Part shown: positions 12,620 through 24,532 of the stretch, in pieces
Position numbering within the stretch: the stretch's first letter is position 1
How the letters are laid out: the number at the start of each line of letters is the position of its first letter
From: Neoconidiobolus thromboides FSU 785
Taxonomy: Eukaryota > Fungi > Entomophthoromycota
NCBI GenBank assembly: GCA_025603075.1
Contig: MU626347.1
Coordinates: forward strand, 1 to 64,000
DNA length: 64,000 nt
Reading direction: 5' to 3'
Translations under genes and position numbers: made by a program
Notes under the pieces: generated by a model
What the model saw: only the letters and a program-made list of their open reading frames with translations
Told to the model about the DNA's origin: nothing
The model's database searches: none

Positions 12620-14337
12620 ATGTACACCGTCAATTTAAAAATAAGAAAACTTGAAAGGAGGATCACTTCAATTCGTAGTGAGTTTAAAGATGAAAGTTAT
12701 TATTTAAACGAAGAAATCATAAAAGAATATCAATCAACTTCTGAGCTGGACTTGACAAAACAATCTTTTCATAATATAAATAAGCGTTCAACGCTAGCTT
12801 CTCAAGGCATAAACAATCCAACCCTTACTTCCGATTTAAACTATTTTAATCAACCCACTATTATGGCTCTATTAGATAATGATGAAGATGCTATTAATAA
12901 CAAAGAATCTCATAAACCTGGTTTGATTATTACTAACTCTCCCACATTAGATGAGAACTCAAAATCAAACTCTCCAACTATTCCAATTGTTTTATCTCTC
13001 TTAGCCTTCATCTGCTTCATTGCTTTATTTATTTTTATTTTTAATAGATTTCGTTCTCGTAGACCTGTAAGTGTACTTTGTTATCTATAATTTATATTAA
13101 TTTATTATATGTTGAGTAAGTTATTAACTGTCTAATTTATAGATTCAATTACACCCTACACCCTTAATTTCATCTGTTGAATTAGACAAACAAAATAGCA
13201 GAGTAATTTTAGCTGCCCATACTCAGATTACTTTATACTAATATCGTATTTTTTTAGAATGGAAAACTCAATTTAGAAAGTTTATGTAATACAATTAAAA
13301 AGCCCTTTTTTCCATCGTTTAACAGGAATAAAGCTAATTCGGAATTAGTGAATAAAAGTCATTTAAATCTAATTCAAGACCAAAAATCCATCCACCAAAA
13401 TGATAGTAAACCAGATATTAGTTTAGGTTTATCAGATATCGAATTAACTGTAATACTACCTTCCCCAACATCAGCAAACTCAATAGAAGTAACAAAAAAA
13501 GCAGCCACTTATAAGGGTAACGATAGCAACAAAGATAATTCTACTCTCCCTACAGACTCTTGGGATCAATATATGTCGATCATCAAGCACAATGAACATT
13601 TACATTTTGAGGATCTTCAATCTTCTCATCCACCACCACCAGCCAACATACCCATCTCTGAACTTTCAAGACATCGTCACCACCCTTCATTACTCGGGTA
13701 TTATTTTAATAGTACTATGGGCGGCATCAACAAGGTTGGACCTTACAATGGAAGTTCAACAACAGTATCAACTGAAGATTTGTTAAAGAATCAATTAAAC
13801 ATGAACAGTAAAGATCGATTTACTAATAATTTGCACAAATTAAATTCACCAACCAAATCCTGTAAAAGCAAATTTAGCCAATCAAATGAATCTCTCGGGA
13901 AACTTAATTCCGAGCTTGTAGTTGATAAAGCAAAAAACTCAATGGAGTTTGGGAATTCAATGAATACCATGGATCTATTAAAAGCAGGAAAAAACAGGCA
14001 AAACTCAACAGAATCTATAACTGACCAACAATTCCTCTTTTCACCCACAGCTATATCTTCATTTGTAAGGAGAAGCTCTGTTGATATCACAAATGATGGT
14101 CCATATAACAGAATACTTCTATCAAGAGAAAATGGAACAAAGAATTCAAAATCTGGTTTATTACAACAATGTAAAAAGAACAAAAATGAGAATACAATAA
14201 GAGAAAATGGAAGTGGACCAAATTTAGATTCCACACTAAATCATTATGGCTTGTCTTCATTTTTTAAGGATTCTTCTCAGCAGATGAGACGTAGAGCTTC
14301 ACTTGCCGAAGGTAAAAACAGACTCCATTTACTGTGA
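12620..14337 (+). CDS. Uncharacterised single-pass membrane protein with a long S/N-rich tail, 3 exons
   Basis: Hydrophobic segment IVLSLLAFICFIALFIFIF followed by NRFRSRR; two GT-AG introns (about 13070-13143 and 13203-13257) join the ORF-track pieces in frame; start codon uncertain. Confidence 0.7.
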
Positions 14338-14565
14338 ATATAAGTCATAAAGTAGTCTAAAGAATTATAATGCCGTTTTAGTCGTATGTTGTAAAAAGAG
14401 TAAGGTTATTGAATAGTTTAATACTATCATATGTAAATAGTTTTAAATGTTAGAATTTTGAAAGGTTGCATAAACTCAATAGAAAAGACTAAGTTAAAAT
14501 CCAAGTTAAATCCAAGTTATTGTTTAAAAAAAGAAGTATTTTTACCATTATTTAAACTCAATAAA

Positions 14566-14665
14566 TGGGAATGTTTTTCTGACTTCATCACTTTTTCGAT
14601 TTCTTAAGCACTATTTAAGTGGAAAAATTGTTAGTAAAGTTCTTAAATACAAAAATACATCCCTA
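14566..14665 (-). mobile_element. ~100-bp MITE-like element, copy 4 (reverse)
   Basis: TGGGAATGTTTTT...TTAGTAAAGTTCTTAAATACAAAAATACATCCCTA. Confidence 0.85.
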
Positions 14666-14805
14666 AATGTTAGTTTATAAATTCTCTCTTTTTATTATTA
14701 TCTTAACAATTTGTCCTAAATAAAAAAGAATCATTGTATTGTAAATTTTATTTTATTTTGTATTTCAATAATTATCAGTTAATAATTAAGGAGTATCATT
14801 TTCTT

Positions 14806-15528
14806 TTACTGCTTCTTGGTCTTCTTACTTCCACCATCCACTTCTTTCACTTTATCCAATATGTCTAAAGCAATAGTGCCTGATTGAATAATAAAACAGG
14901 TTGGAATGACTAACCATATAGCATTCATGAAAACAAAATAAGCCCAAAAATAAAAGGGTTCTGGACGAGTATGAGGGGCACCTTCAAATAAAGTGGTCAT
15001 ATAATAAAGTACATCCCCATAAATTTGACCTACTGATACAACCACAATGAATAAATGACGTCTGCTATCTTGATGGTAAACCATATAAGCAATTAAATAA
15101 CAAATTGGACCCCAAGCAAACTAAAGAAAATAAGAGATTTATATTGGAAAAAAAGGTATTTTGAAAAATAAACTTACTGCTGTAATAGCTTCCATGAACA
15201 AAACAAAAGGATCAGAAGATAAATATCTAGAATCCGATAAAGCATACTCTTTCCACAATTCACCAAATAGAGTGGAATGTCCAGCTAAAGTTTTGTGGAA
15301 GACTGTAAAGTACCCTTCGAAAAAAAAATGGATACTACCGGATGCCAAAAACCATAAAAAGGCTAATTGATGAGAGAGTTTTTGAGTTTTTTTCTGAATT
15401 ATTAAGTATGCTGGGAGAAGGAGAGAGCCTAAAACTAAGGCAAACATGGAGACTAAATAGATAGTATCTCCTTCATTCTTTTTGTAATGTGGTAATAATA
15501 GGTTGACTGGGTAGTACGGGTGGCTCAT
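14806..15528 (-). CDS. EBP: Emopamil-binding protein family sterol delta8-delta7 isomerase
   Basis: Motifs MSHPYYP, HFFFEGYF, LWKEYALSDSRY, MEAITA|FAWGP, GQIYGDVLYY, MNAIW; intron 15121-15177. Confidence 0.9.
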
Positions 15529-15810
15529 TTTTTGAGTTTTTTTTGAGAAGATTAAAATTTGAAAAAAAATTTATGAACAGATTTTAATCATTCTGGAGTT
15601 TTTATGTTACAAAATGGTACGATTTTTAATTTGTTAATTTAAAGTACGATTTTATGATATATAGATTTTATTCTTTGTTGATTAAAATTTTAGTATTGAG
15701 AATAATAAAATCCACTATTAAATAACAGTTTAAAGAATCTCGGAATAATCTTGATTTTTAAACTAACATGTTGAAAGTCAAGGTCTTTCCGATGTTTATT
15801 TTTAAAAATA

Positions 15811-15911
15811 TGGGGATGTATTTTTGTGTTTAAGATTTTTACTAACAAATTTTCCGCTGAAATAGCGCTTAAAAGGAGGAAAAAGTAATGAAATCAAAAA
15901 AATCATCCCCA
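15811..15911 (+). mobile_element. ~100-bp MITE-like element, copy 5 (close to consensus)
   Basis: ATA-TGGGGATGTATTTTTG...AAAATCATCCCCA-TAT. Confidence 0.9.
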
Positions 15912-16410
15912 TATGTTAAGATTAGAATACTCAGAGTTGGAGAAAATATGCCCTTTTTCAAAGCTTTGGACTGCGTGGCCAATCTAGTAATTTGAGTTTA
16001 ACACTAAGATAAAATACAGAGCTACATGTTTATCTTACGACTGTCCAATATTAAATATAATGATTCTTAGGACGATTAACTACTTTAAGGCTTAACAAGT
16101 ATGTTTTTATGTAAACTTAACTATCAATTTTTAATTTCTAAGCTATTTAAGAAATGGTCAGAATTTAATGCAAAAATTGGATTCCAAGGTTCAAACAAAA
16201 ATCAAGCATCTTTTTTGAAACAGAGGGTGCATTATTATTAAAACTAACATTAAGAAAATTTAAAAATTAAATAAGAAAATATTTAAAAAAGGTTAACATT
16301 TCAAAAAGATAGATTTATTGAATAAGATACAGATTAGAAACTAAAATACAATAAAAAAGTATTTGGTATACAACTTAAAATTAAAAGTATTAAACTTAAA
16401 ATTCAAAACA

Positions 16411-18300
16411 TTAATAATCTTCCCTCGAATATTGTTTATCTACTAAGATCTCATGATGAAAAAGTTGTTGTTGTTCAGCTGACGCATGCATATACCAAAG
16501 CTCGGCAAATTCTTGAAGTAGAGTGGCCAACCCACGTAAGTAACCATGATCGGTCCCATTTGTTGATGGTGGGTAACTGGGGCTAGGATATTTGGTACCA
16601 ATATGACCTAATTCTTCCAGGTACATAGAAGGATGAACACAGTTAGCAAAATCAATAATTTTAATATCAATTTGATTATAAGAAGGTGAAGTTGGTTCTC
16701 CATCATAAATTAATAACAAACTACTAGCATAAAGTCGATACCCATCTAATGTTCTTACAATTTCAAATAACTGACGGAGCTTGGCTATTAAACTAGGTAA
16801 TAGATGAACTAGTAATTTATCCCCATCATGTAAATAATCTATTAAAGATTGACGAAAGGAATTAGTTGATAATTTACGCCCATAATATTTATCATGAAAT
16901 ATATACTTTTTTAAGGCTGACTTATAAATCTATATAAAATTAATATATTTAAATATACGAATAGTGTAAAAAATAGAATAAATTACCTGCATACCACATA
17001 CTCTCACACCTAACGCTTTACTAGTAGATTTTTCACATTTCTTCATTTGACTTTCTCTTTTTTCTGGTGTTGCATAAATCCCGTACTGCCTTGTTCCCAT
17101 CTTTAAATCTAAAATACAAGGTGATTTGATATTATAAGTCAAATCTTTTAAAAGTAAAAATTGATGTATTTTATTTATTGAACTAGAAGAACAAAACTTA
17201 TCCATTGTAGAACGATAAATTTCCATAGACCATGGATTCAATAATGGGGTAGATATTTGGCTAAGCGAACCATTCGAATCATTGTCCTCAAACATCGCAT
17301 CTTTATTGGTAATTAATGTAGGTAAAGAAGATTCCAGATCTTCCATATGAAATAATTCTGTGTCTTCATCTAAAGACATGTCTTGGCTGTTCATTTTTTT
17401 AATTGGTATACTTAATGGGTGTCTTTGAGTTGGAAGCTCTAAACGATCAGCATCAAGACTAACAAGTGAATTTTCATCATCAGATGTATCATAAGGTGGG
17501 CGATCATCAAAAGAAGATCCTAATCGAATTTCACTCTTTTTAACTCTCATCAAAGGTGATTTTGAACTAGATAAGTTATTTTCTGGCAAAGATTCGTCAA
17601 AAGAATGACGGCGACGAGCCTGTCTATTTCCATGTCTTAATCTACGTCGTGTAGATGAATTTTTACGTGCTAGTAGAGAAGGGGAATAAGCTTCTAGGAA
17701 AATTTCTTCTTTAAGCTGTTTATTTGCTTTAGTAACACCAGGTGAATCAAAGTCATTTTTTATAGGTAAAGAACCTAAAAACTTTTTTAAAAGGTGTTCG
17801 GGTACAATATGACGATTTTTTTCAAATTGTACTTCTGGGATAATTTTACTGTTAGTATTATTAAAGGTCACATTTAAAACTCCTAAGTAAGATGAAGTAA
17901 ATGGCAATATTTCCGGATGTGTTTCCTCAAAGTGCTCATACATATTTTTTTCATGCTCAACTAACGGCTTACACACTGCTTTAGGTGAAAATCTTAACAA
18001 TGAGGCATGGCCTCCAACTTGGTTTTGAAAGGGGTATAAAGGTACAGAGGGTGGAGAATAAGTATCAGAATCAAATTCGTCTGATTCATTATCTGTTAAG
18101 GAAGGACTTTCTCCAGCATCTGAAGCATCTGCTGTATCAAAATATTCATTTATATAATCTTTGTTTAATGCAGATTTTTCTATTATCTTTTTTGAAGAGT
18201 TTGAGTTTGATATATTAGAATTCGAACTTGCATTTGATTGTAAGCTATTGTTTTCTATCCTGAAAGGTAGATTTGAATTAGTATTTGGAATTGAAGACAT
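16411..18300 (-). CDS. KCS1: Inositol polyphosphate kinase, KCS1/IP6K-like
   Basis: PFQNQVGGH, PCILDLKMGTRQYG (PxxxDxKxG), SLLLIYDG and IIDFAN motifs; intron 16930-16986; long acidic/Ser-rich insert typical of Kcs1. Confidence 0.85.
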
Positions 18301-19389
18301 GATTGTTTGATAAATCATAAGGTGAATAAAAGAAAACAAAAAGAATTGTTAGTATTTTCAGGTTTAAATATTAACAGAAAGTCACTTGATTGGAGAATAG
18401 TTTTAATACCATATGATTGGCTACATATGAAGTAACCAATATGATTTACCCAATAATAAGCATGGCTAACTCTTAGAAATATGCAGAAAAAACACCACTT
18501 TGTGTGAACCTATCATATATGCATGTGCAGTAAAATTGAAAGAATATATTGGATAAAGAATAAAAGATTCTGTAAGGATGTAATGCATAGACTTAATTTT
18601 GATAAATTAAGAAAACAGTTTTAAATTATTTCAATAGGTAATTTAATTTAATATTAGTATTCTGTAGATACATACCAATTTATTCACTACCACATTCTTA
18701 ATAAAATCTAAGCACCCTTAATAAAAGTTACATTTTATTTCTATATTTTTTAAAATGGTTTGTAATTACATTTAATATTTATTTATAAATATTACTTTCA
18801 ATTTTAACATGAATATAAAAGCAAAGTTACAAACTACAAAGATATAACGTTATATTGAATAAAGTTATTATCAAGAGCTGCGGTAAATTTTTTGATAGCA
18901 ATTGCTAATTAAGCTACAAAATAATGGTTGAGTTTAAAATAAAATTGATTTTGATTTTTTCTAAAACTTAACCACTGATAGTTGTAGTGTTAGTGATTAT
19001 TACTTTAAATGGAATATATGTATAATATCAGTTATTTGTATTTAGCTTAAATGTTTATTAAGTCTAAATAGATAGATGATATATATTATGAGATATAACT
19101 GATACCTTTTAAATAGGCATTAAAGGTATATACAATAGGATATAAATTCAAACCTATACTATTGTTTATAAAAAAGTAAGGATTAAAAATTTATAATAAA
19201 AAATTATTAGCCTAAAGTTTATCAATCAAATAAGTCTCTATTAACAATTTGAAATGATGATTTGGAATATATCTTGGAATTTAGCGTCATATTAGTTTGT
19301 TGAATATCTTCAATAGTATTATACATTGAATAATAACAATACAGTTAGCCAAATAGTGCATATGAAAATTAAATTAAATTAATGAAATC

Positions 19390-19536
19390 GGTTACATTTA
19401 GATGTCTTCGTTTTTATTTCAATCTGACGCAAATTTTTTTATGATAAGTGTATTGACAAAACATTTTATATAATTTATATTCAATGTAAAAAAATTATCA
19501 ATAAATTAAAATAAAACGAAGACATCTAATGTAACC
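19390..19536. mobile_element. 147-bp foldback/MITE-like element of a second family
   Basis: Arms GGTTACATTTAGATGTCTTCGTTTTTATTT (19390-19419) and AAAATAAAACGAAGACATCTAATGTAACC (19508-19536) are reverse complements apart from two 1-nt indels; no TSD evident. Confidence 0.6.
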
Positions 19537-19652
19537 AGTTCTGTTAGTTTAACTCGGAGTTAGCAATTTAGGCATTTTTAGGCATTTTATATTATTTTAT
19601 ACTTTATACTTTATACTTTATGTTTAATATTTAATATTTAATATTTAACATT

Positions 19653-19747
19653 TGAGGATGTATTTTTGTTTGAATTTTATTAATAATCTTTCCGCTCAAA
19701 TAGGGTTTGAAAAATGAAAAAGTGATAAAGCTAAAAAAATATCCCTA
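19653..19747 (+). mobile_element. ~100-bp MITE-like element, copy 6 (small internal deletion)
   Basis: TGAGGATGTATTTTTG...TCCGCTCAAATAG...AAAATATCCCTA. Confidence 0.8.
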
Positions 19748-20186
19748 TTTGCATTTTATATTAATGTTTTGCAAATATATCACGTAGTATTACATAGAAT
19801 TATCAATCTTTTCAAAAATTTCAAATACTCAAAGGAGTTTATGTTTATTCAATGAAAAGAAATCTGATAAAGTTACTGAAAGGAAAGAGTCAAAAAGTGA
19901 TGATACTCGCAGGTAGGGGGAGTTTACCTATAAAACTATTAAACTCATGATCAATTCTAAAAAAAATAATATGAACCTTTATTAGAGAAATAGTATCATT
20001 GTTAAAATTAAATTTAGAAAATAAAATAGCTAGTTATAAAATTAAATATATATAATTTACTAAACGTATTTTACAATAGAAAACAGAAATAACAACAGTT
20101 ACGGAATTTAAATAAAATCATTGTATAAAATTTAAACCCAATTTTAGATCTTTTTTACCTCATGAGTTTAATAAAAAAGTAATATA

Positions 20187-20286
20187 TGGGGATGTGTTTT
20201 TTCATTTAAGAATTTTACTAACAATCTTTCCACTTAAATAGCGCTTAAAAGATGGAAAAAGTAATGAAATCAAAAAAATATCGCCA
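20187..20286 (+). mobile_element. ~100-bp MITE-like element, copy 7
   Basis: ATA-TGGGGATGTG...AAATATCGCCA-TAT. Confidence 0.9.
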
Positions 20287-20494
20287 TATATTATTATAAG
20301 TTATATTATTGATGATAGATTTATGGAAACCATTAAATAAAAGCAACCAAACTTACCTTTATGAAATTATTTAAATATTGACAAAATACACGTTTATAAA
20401 GTAAAAGTGATAGTAATATCCTAATAAATTTAAGTTATGGTCAAATAAGTGGAAAAAGTTGCACATTAAAAGCATATAAAACTTAGACTATATA

Positions 20495-20594
20495 TGGGGA
20501 TGTTTTTTTTGATTTCATTACTTTTGTATTTTTTAAGTGCTATTTGAATGGAAAAATTGTTAGTAAAATTCTTAAACACAAAAATATATCCTCA
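20495..20594 (-). mobile_element. ~100-bp MITE-like element, copy 8 (reverse)
   Basis: ATA-TGGGGATGTTTT...ATATATCCTCA-TAT. Confidence 0.9.
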
Positions 20595-20667
20595 TATTCA
20601 ATATTCTAAATGACAATTTCTAAAGATAATTTTAATTGTGTTAAAACCAGTCTAATAACCATCCAGC

Positions 20668-21268
20668 TTATTCTTTAATATGAACAATATCACAAGGTTT
20701 GACATGCTTTAAAAGCGCTTTAATCGTTTCCTCACTTAATTTGTATTCCTGTGCCAATTCAGCCTCGATGCCTTCTCTATAATTTAAATGAGCTTTTCTA
20801 ATGAGGTCATTAAATTCAATTGGTCTAATAGTGGCGTTTGGACGTTTCAAATTAAATATAACTGTTTCTTCTGCATTCTTATCACCTTCTTCTTGAATTT
20901 TACGGTTTTTTAAGATTTTTAACATATTACCCTTAATATTAATAAATCATAAATTTATAAGATGTATACAAATGCTATTACCTGTCCTTTTGTTTTTAAG
21001 TAGTCTATGCTCTTTTGATTTTCAGTAGGCTTATTAAACTTTTTTAACCTCTCAAACAGCTCGGCTGTTTTTCATTAGTCATTTAATTCTTGAATGAGTT
21101 ATCATGCTTACCTTGCTCTTTTTCACTTGGCTCTGAATACTTGCCTTTAAATTTTGGATCTATTCTATCTCTGGAGAAAGCCTCTTTGCTGGGTAAGCTC
21201 GAGCCTTTGTTTAAGTTTTTAACTTCGGTTGGTAATTTTCTTATCGTCTTTGATGCTTTATTTCCCAT
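20668..21268 (-). CDS. Small protein with an N-myristoylation-type start (MGNKAS), 3 exons; possibly NDUFAF4-like
   Basis: Two GT-AG introns join MGNKASKTIRKLP..EQ|AELFERLKK..KGQ|GNMLKILKNR..LSEETIKALLKHV in frame; family assignment is from remembered resemblance only. Confidence 0.65.
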
Positions 21269-22297
21269 TTTAAAAAAATTAAGTTTATAAAACTCATTTT
21301 TGACTTTGAATTCATAATTTAAGTGCCAAATAGATGATGCTATTGGCTAACTGGAATTTTTAATACTCAATCGAAGTAATTATATTTTTAATTTTTCCTT
21401 TCTATTTAGTATAAACCTTGATTTATTAAGACCCCTAAATGACCTAGGTATGCTCTTCAAAGAGGCTATCAATGAGTATGATTCCTAAATATGAAGTTAT
21501 ATAGTTCCTAAATTGTATTTATAATATTGAGAGTAGCAGCATTTTTGTATACAATAGGAAACATTAAAGGGTAAGTCTAAAGGATTTATAAATAAATGAC
21601 AGTTCATGTTTATAGTGTGCAAGTCTATGATTTACTGATATAACATCAGGTTGGAACAATAATCCCAAGCTTTATTTGCCTTGGCTTATAAAATTATAAT
21701 AAGTTATAAGGAAAACCAATAAATTTAATCTTTTACAATTAACTTTCATAAAGTAACAAAATTGATATTATTTTTATAAAAGACAATATTAGATGGTGTT
21801 AATCAAACACCAAATAAATGGTTCCTAAAACATAAAAATAGGGACTCCTTTACTTATTTTTCTTTGTTATATGATCATAATAACTATATTATCACCCTAG
21901 TTAAATTCACTGAAAAATGATGGTGCTGTTAATCTCTGCATCTTAGATAGCAAAATACACGCTTTGTTTGATATATCAACTCCTGGAAGTTAAGGTTTAT
22001 TAATATAATTTCATAATTTGTACTAAAATCCACAAGAGGTTTAAACTTATTTTAGTAAACTTATATTTTACTTTTATTTTACTACTGCACTTTCTTATGA
22101 GAGCACTAAGAGCGCTTTATTTGATCTTTATAACAAAATAAATAAAGGTTATAATATAGTTTATCTTAAAATTAACAACCATAAAATAGGAAACTTGTAA
22201 AGTAATTAAATAAAGTTCTTAAGCGTTATATTAACACTTATGACATATTTGATATTAAGACTCATAAGCAGTTATGATATTTATCAAGTTTTATAAA

Positions 22298-22397
22298 TGA
22301 GGATGTTTTTTTGACTTCATTACTTTTTCCATTTTTTAAGCGCTATTTGAGTGGAAAAATTGTCAGTAAGATCCTTAAACAAAAAAATATATCCCCA
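22298..22397 (-). mobile_element. ~100-bp MITE-like element, copy 9 (reverse)
   Basis: TGAGGATGTTTTTTTGACTTCATTAC...ATATATCCCCA. Confidence 0.88.
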
Positions 22398-23294
22398 AAT
22401 GTTATTATCCACAATTCGAAATTTTTTATAACCATTGTTGTTTTGCCTTTAATACAAATATCTTATAGTGGATATGACCTGAAAAACTATAAAAACTACT
22501 TATTTAGTATTATTTGGGTACTTTGTATACTTTTATTTATGTAGATCTTATTCTGATAGTCAATCCAGCTTTCATATTTACTAATAATATTTTCTAACTA
22601 CATTTAAAAAATCAAATGACTATAAATTAATACTTACATAAATAACAAATACTATGGATTAGCTTTCTGACATTAAATTCAGTGCTAACATTTATTAATT
22701 TAATGCCAATTTTGAAACAAATAAATAATTAACATGTATGATAAAAGAGTTTATATTTAATATAAATTACCGTTTTTATTTTAAACCATAATATACTTTT
22801 TGTATCAAGGGATTATTTGATTTAGTTAGTTTACCTATATTTTATAAATTTATCTCAGGTTTATATTTAATTTGTACAAATTCGAAGAACCAACTTCATA
22901 TATCCACTAAAAGATATCAGTTACTTAAATATATCATATTTTAAGCATTTTAAATAGTAATGACTTATAAATTTACTAGTATGTACAAAAGTTAGATTAA
23001 TTTCTTCAAAAATGATTAACAAATTTAACACTGATTAAACTTTCAAATATAACTCTAGGTTAATACTAACAAAAAGCATTTACCAAAAGTAAGTATAACA
23101 TAAATACCAAGCCTCTTGTAGCCTGTTCAAAAAATTATCTTTTCAAATATTCTTACTAAACAATCCTAAAACAATAAATATAAACGTATTCTCTTACCAA
23201 AATAAAAATATAAAAAATCTTTCAATTTAACTTGCTTAAGGTTAGTTGATTAAGTTAGTTGTACTTTTATGTTATTTTAATGGGGTTGTTGAAT

Positions 23295-23905
23295 TTATTC
23301 TTCTTCTTCTTCTTCAGCACCACCGGATGACTTTTGACGACGACGCTTTACACGACCTGGACGACCTCCACCATATGGAGAGGTGAGGGCAAAGTCGATG
23401 TGTTTTTGGGATTCAAGACGGACAACGAAAGAAGGAACATTGACAATTTGTTTTCCAACACTATTCACAAAATTAGTTTTTATAAACAAAATAGTTAATA
23501 TACTTACCGAATGTGACGTTGACGGATCAAAACACGGGCATGATGGATAGACTTAGCTAAACCGAGTTTGAAAACTTGGGTTTGAAGACGACGTTCTAAG
23601 AAATCTTCGATCTTAAGACCAAGTACATAATCGAGCTTAGCCTTGGTTTCATCTAAGACACCAATACGAATAAGACGACGGATAAGTGCGTTACCTTCGA
23701 AAAGACGACGGGAGTCTTTTTCATCTAAGGTTAAGAGCTCACGAGCAGCACGACGGATGTTGGAAAGGATATAACCAATACGCCAGATTTCACGCTTATT
23801 ACGGAGACCATACTCACCAACCAATTTTAATTCTTGATCGATACGTTCACTTTCGAAAGGACGTCTTGGGACCTTAGCGGTTTTAGAATAGTTTCTTGGT
23901 GGCAT
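23295..23905 (-). CDS. RPS9: 40S ribosomal protein S9 (uS4)
   Basis: [44 protein letters not shown]|[24 protein letters not shown]; intron 23461-23507. Confidence 0.98.
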
Positions 23906-24432
23906 TCTTAGTTAAATAGTGTAGGAACCTTTTAAAAAATAACTGGTTACTGACGCCGAAAAGAGAGATTCTTTCTTAATTTACCCTAGCTTTAAAAATT
24001 TGGCAAAATTTTTTAAATGGAATGAAAATTTTATAAACTCCCAAAAAATTGGAGAGGATTGAAATTTTTGTCCAATGATATTAAAGTATTCAAGGTATTT
24101 ATTTGCAAATGAATGGTCAATTTTGAAACAAAATTTGCTATCTGCAAAATTTTAATTCGAGTTAAATAATAATAGCAAAATAACCTGGCTATTTATTACT
24201 GCACTTAATAATATAATGAAGCTAATATTAAATTGCCTTGTATATTATCTTGGACTTTCATTAAAACTTTTTTAAGTACATTGACAAAAAAAGCTAAACT
24301 ATAATTATTATAACAGTAGCTTTTTTAATATGTAAAACGTCAAAAACGCTAATAAAATAAAAAGCAAAAAATATAACTATAGTACTGACTTAAAAGAAAT
24401 GTTTATAAAATAATATAGACTTATATTTATAA

Positions 24433-24532
24433 TGAGGATGTTTTTTTAGTTTTATCACTTTTTCCACTTTTTAAGCGCTGTTTGAGTGGGAAGATTGTTA
24501 ATAAAATTCTTAAACACAAAAAAACATCCTCT
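24433..24532 (-). mobile_element. ~100-bp MITE-like element, copy 10 (reverse)
   Basis: TGAGGATGTTTTTTTAG...TTAAGCGCTGTTTGAG...AAAACATCCTCT. Confidence 0.88.

Noticed and set aside
22298-22544. The reverse strand of the MITE consensus is a 35-codon open frame (MGMFFLTSLLFPFFKRYLSGKIVSKILKHKNTSP); it produces the ORF-track entry 22311-22544
   Set aside because: Copies 4 and 8 carry 1-nt frameshifts and most substitutions among copies are non-synonymous, so there is no sign of coding constraint.
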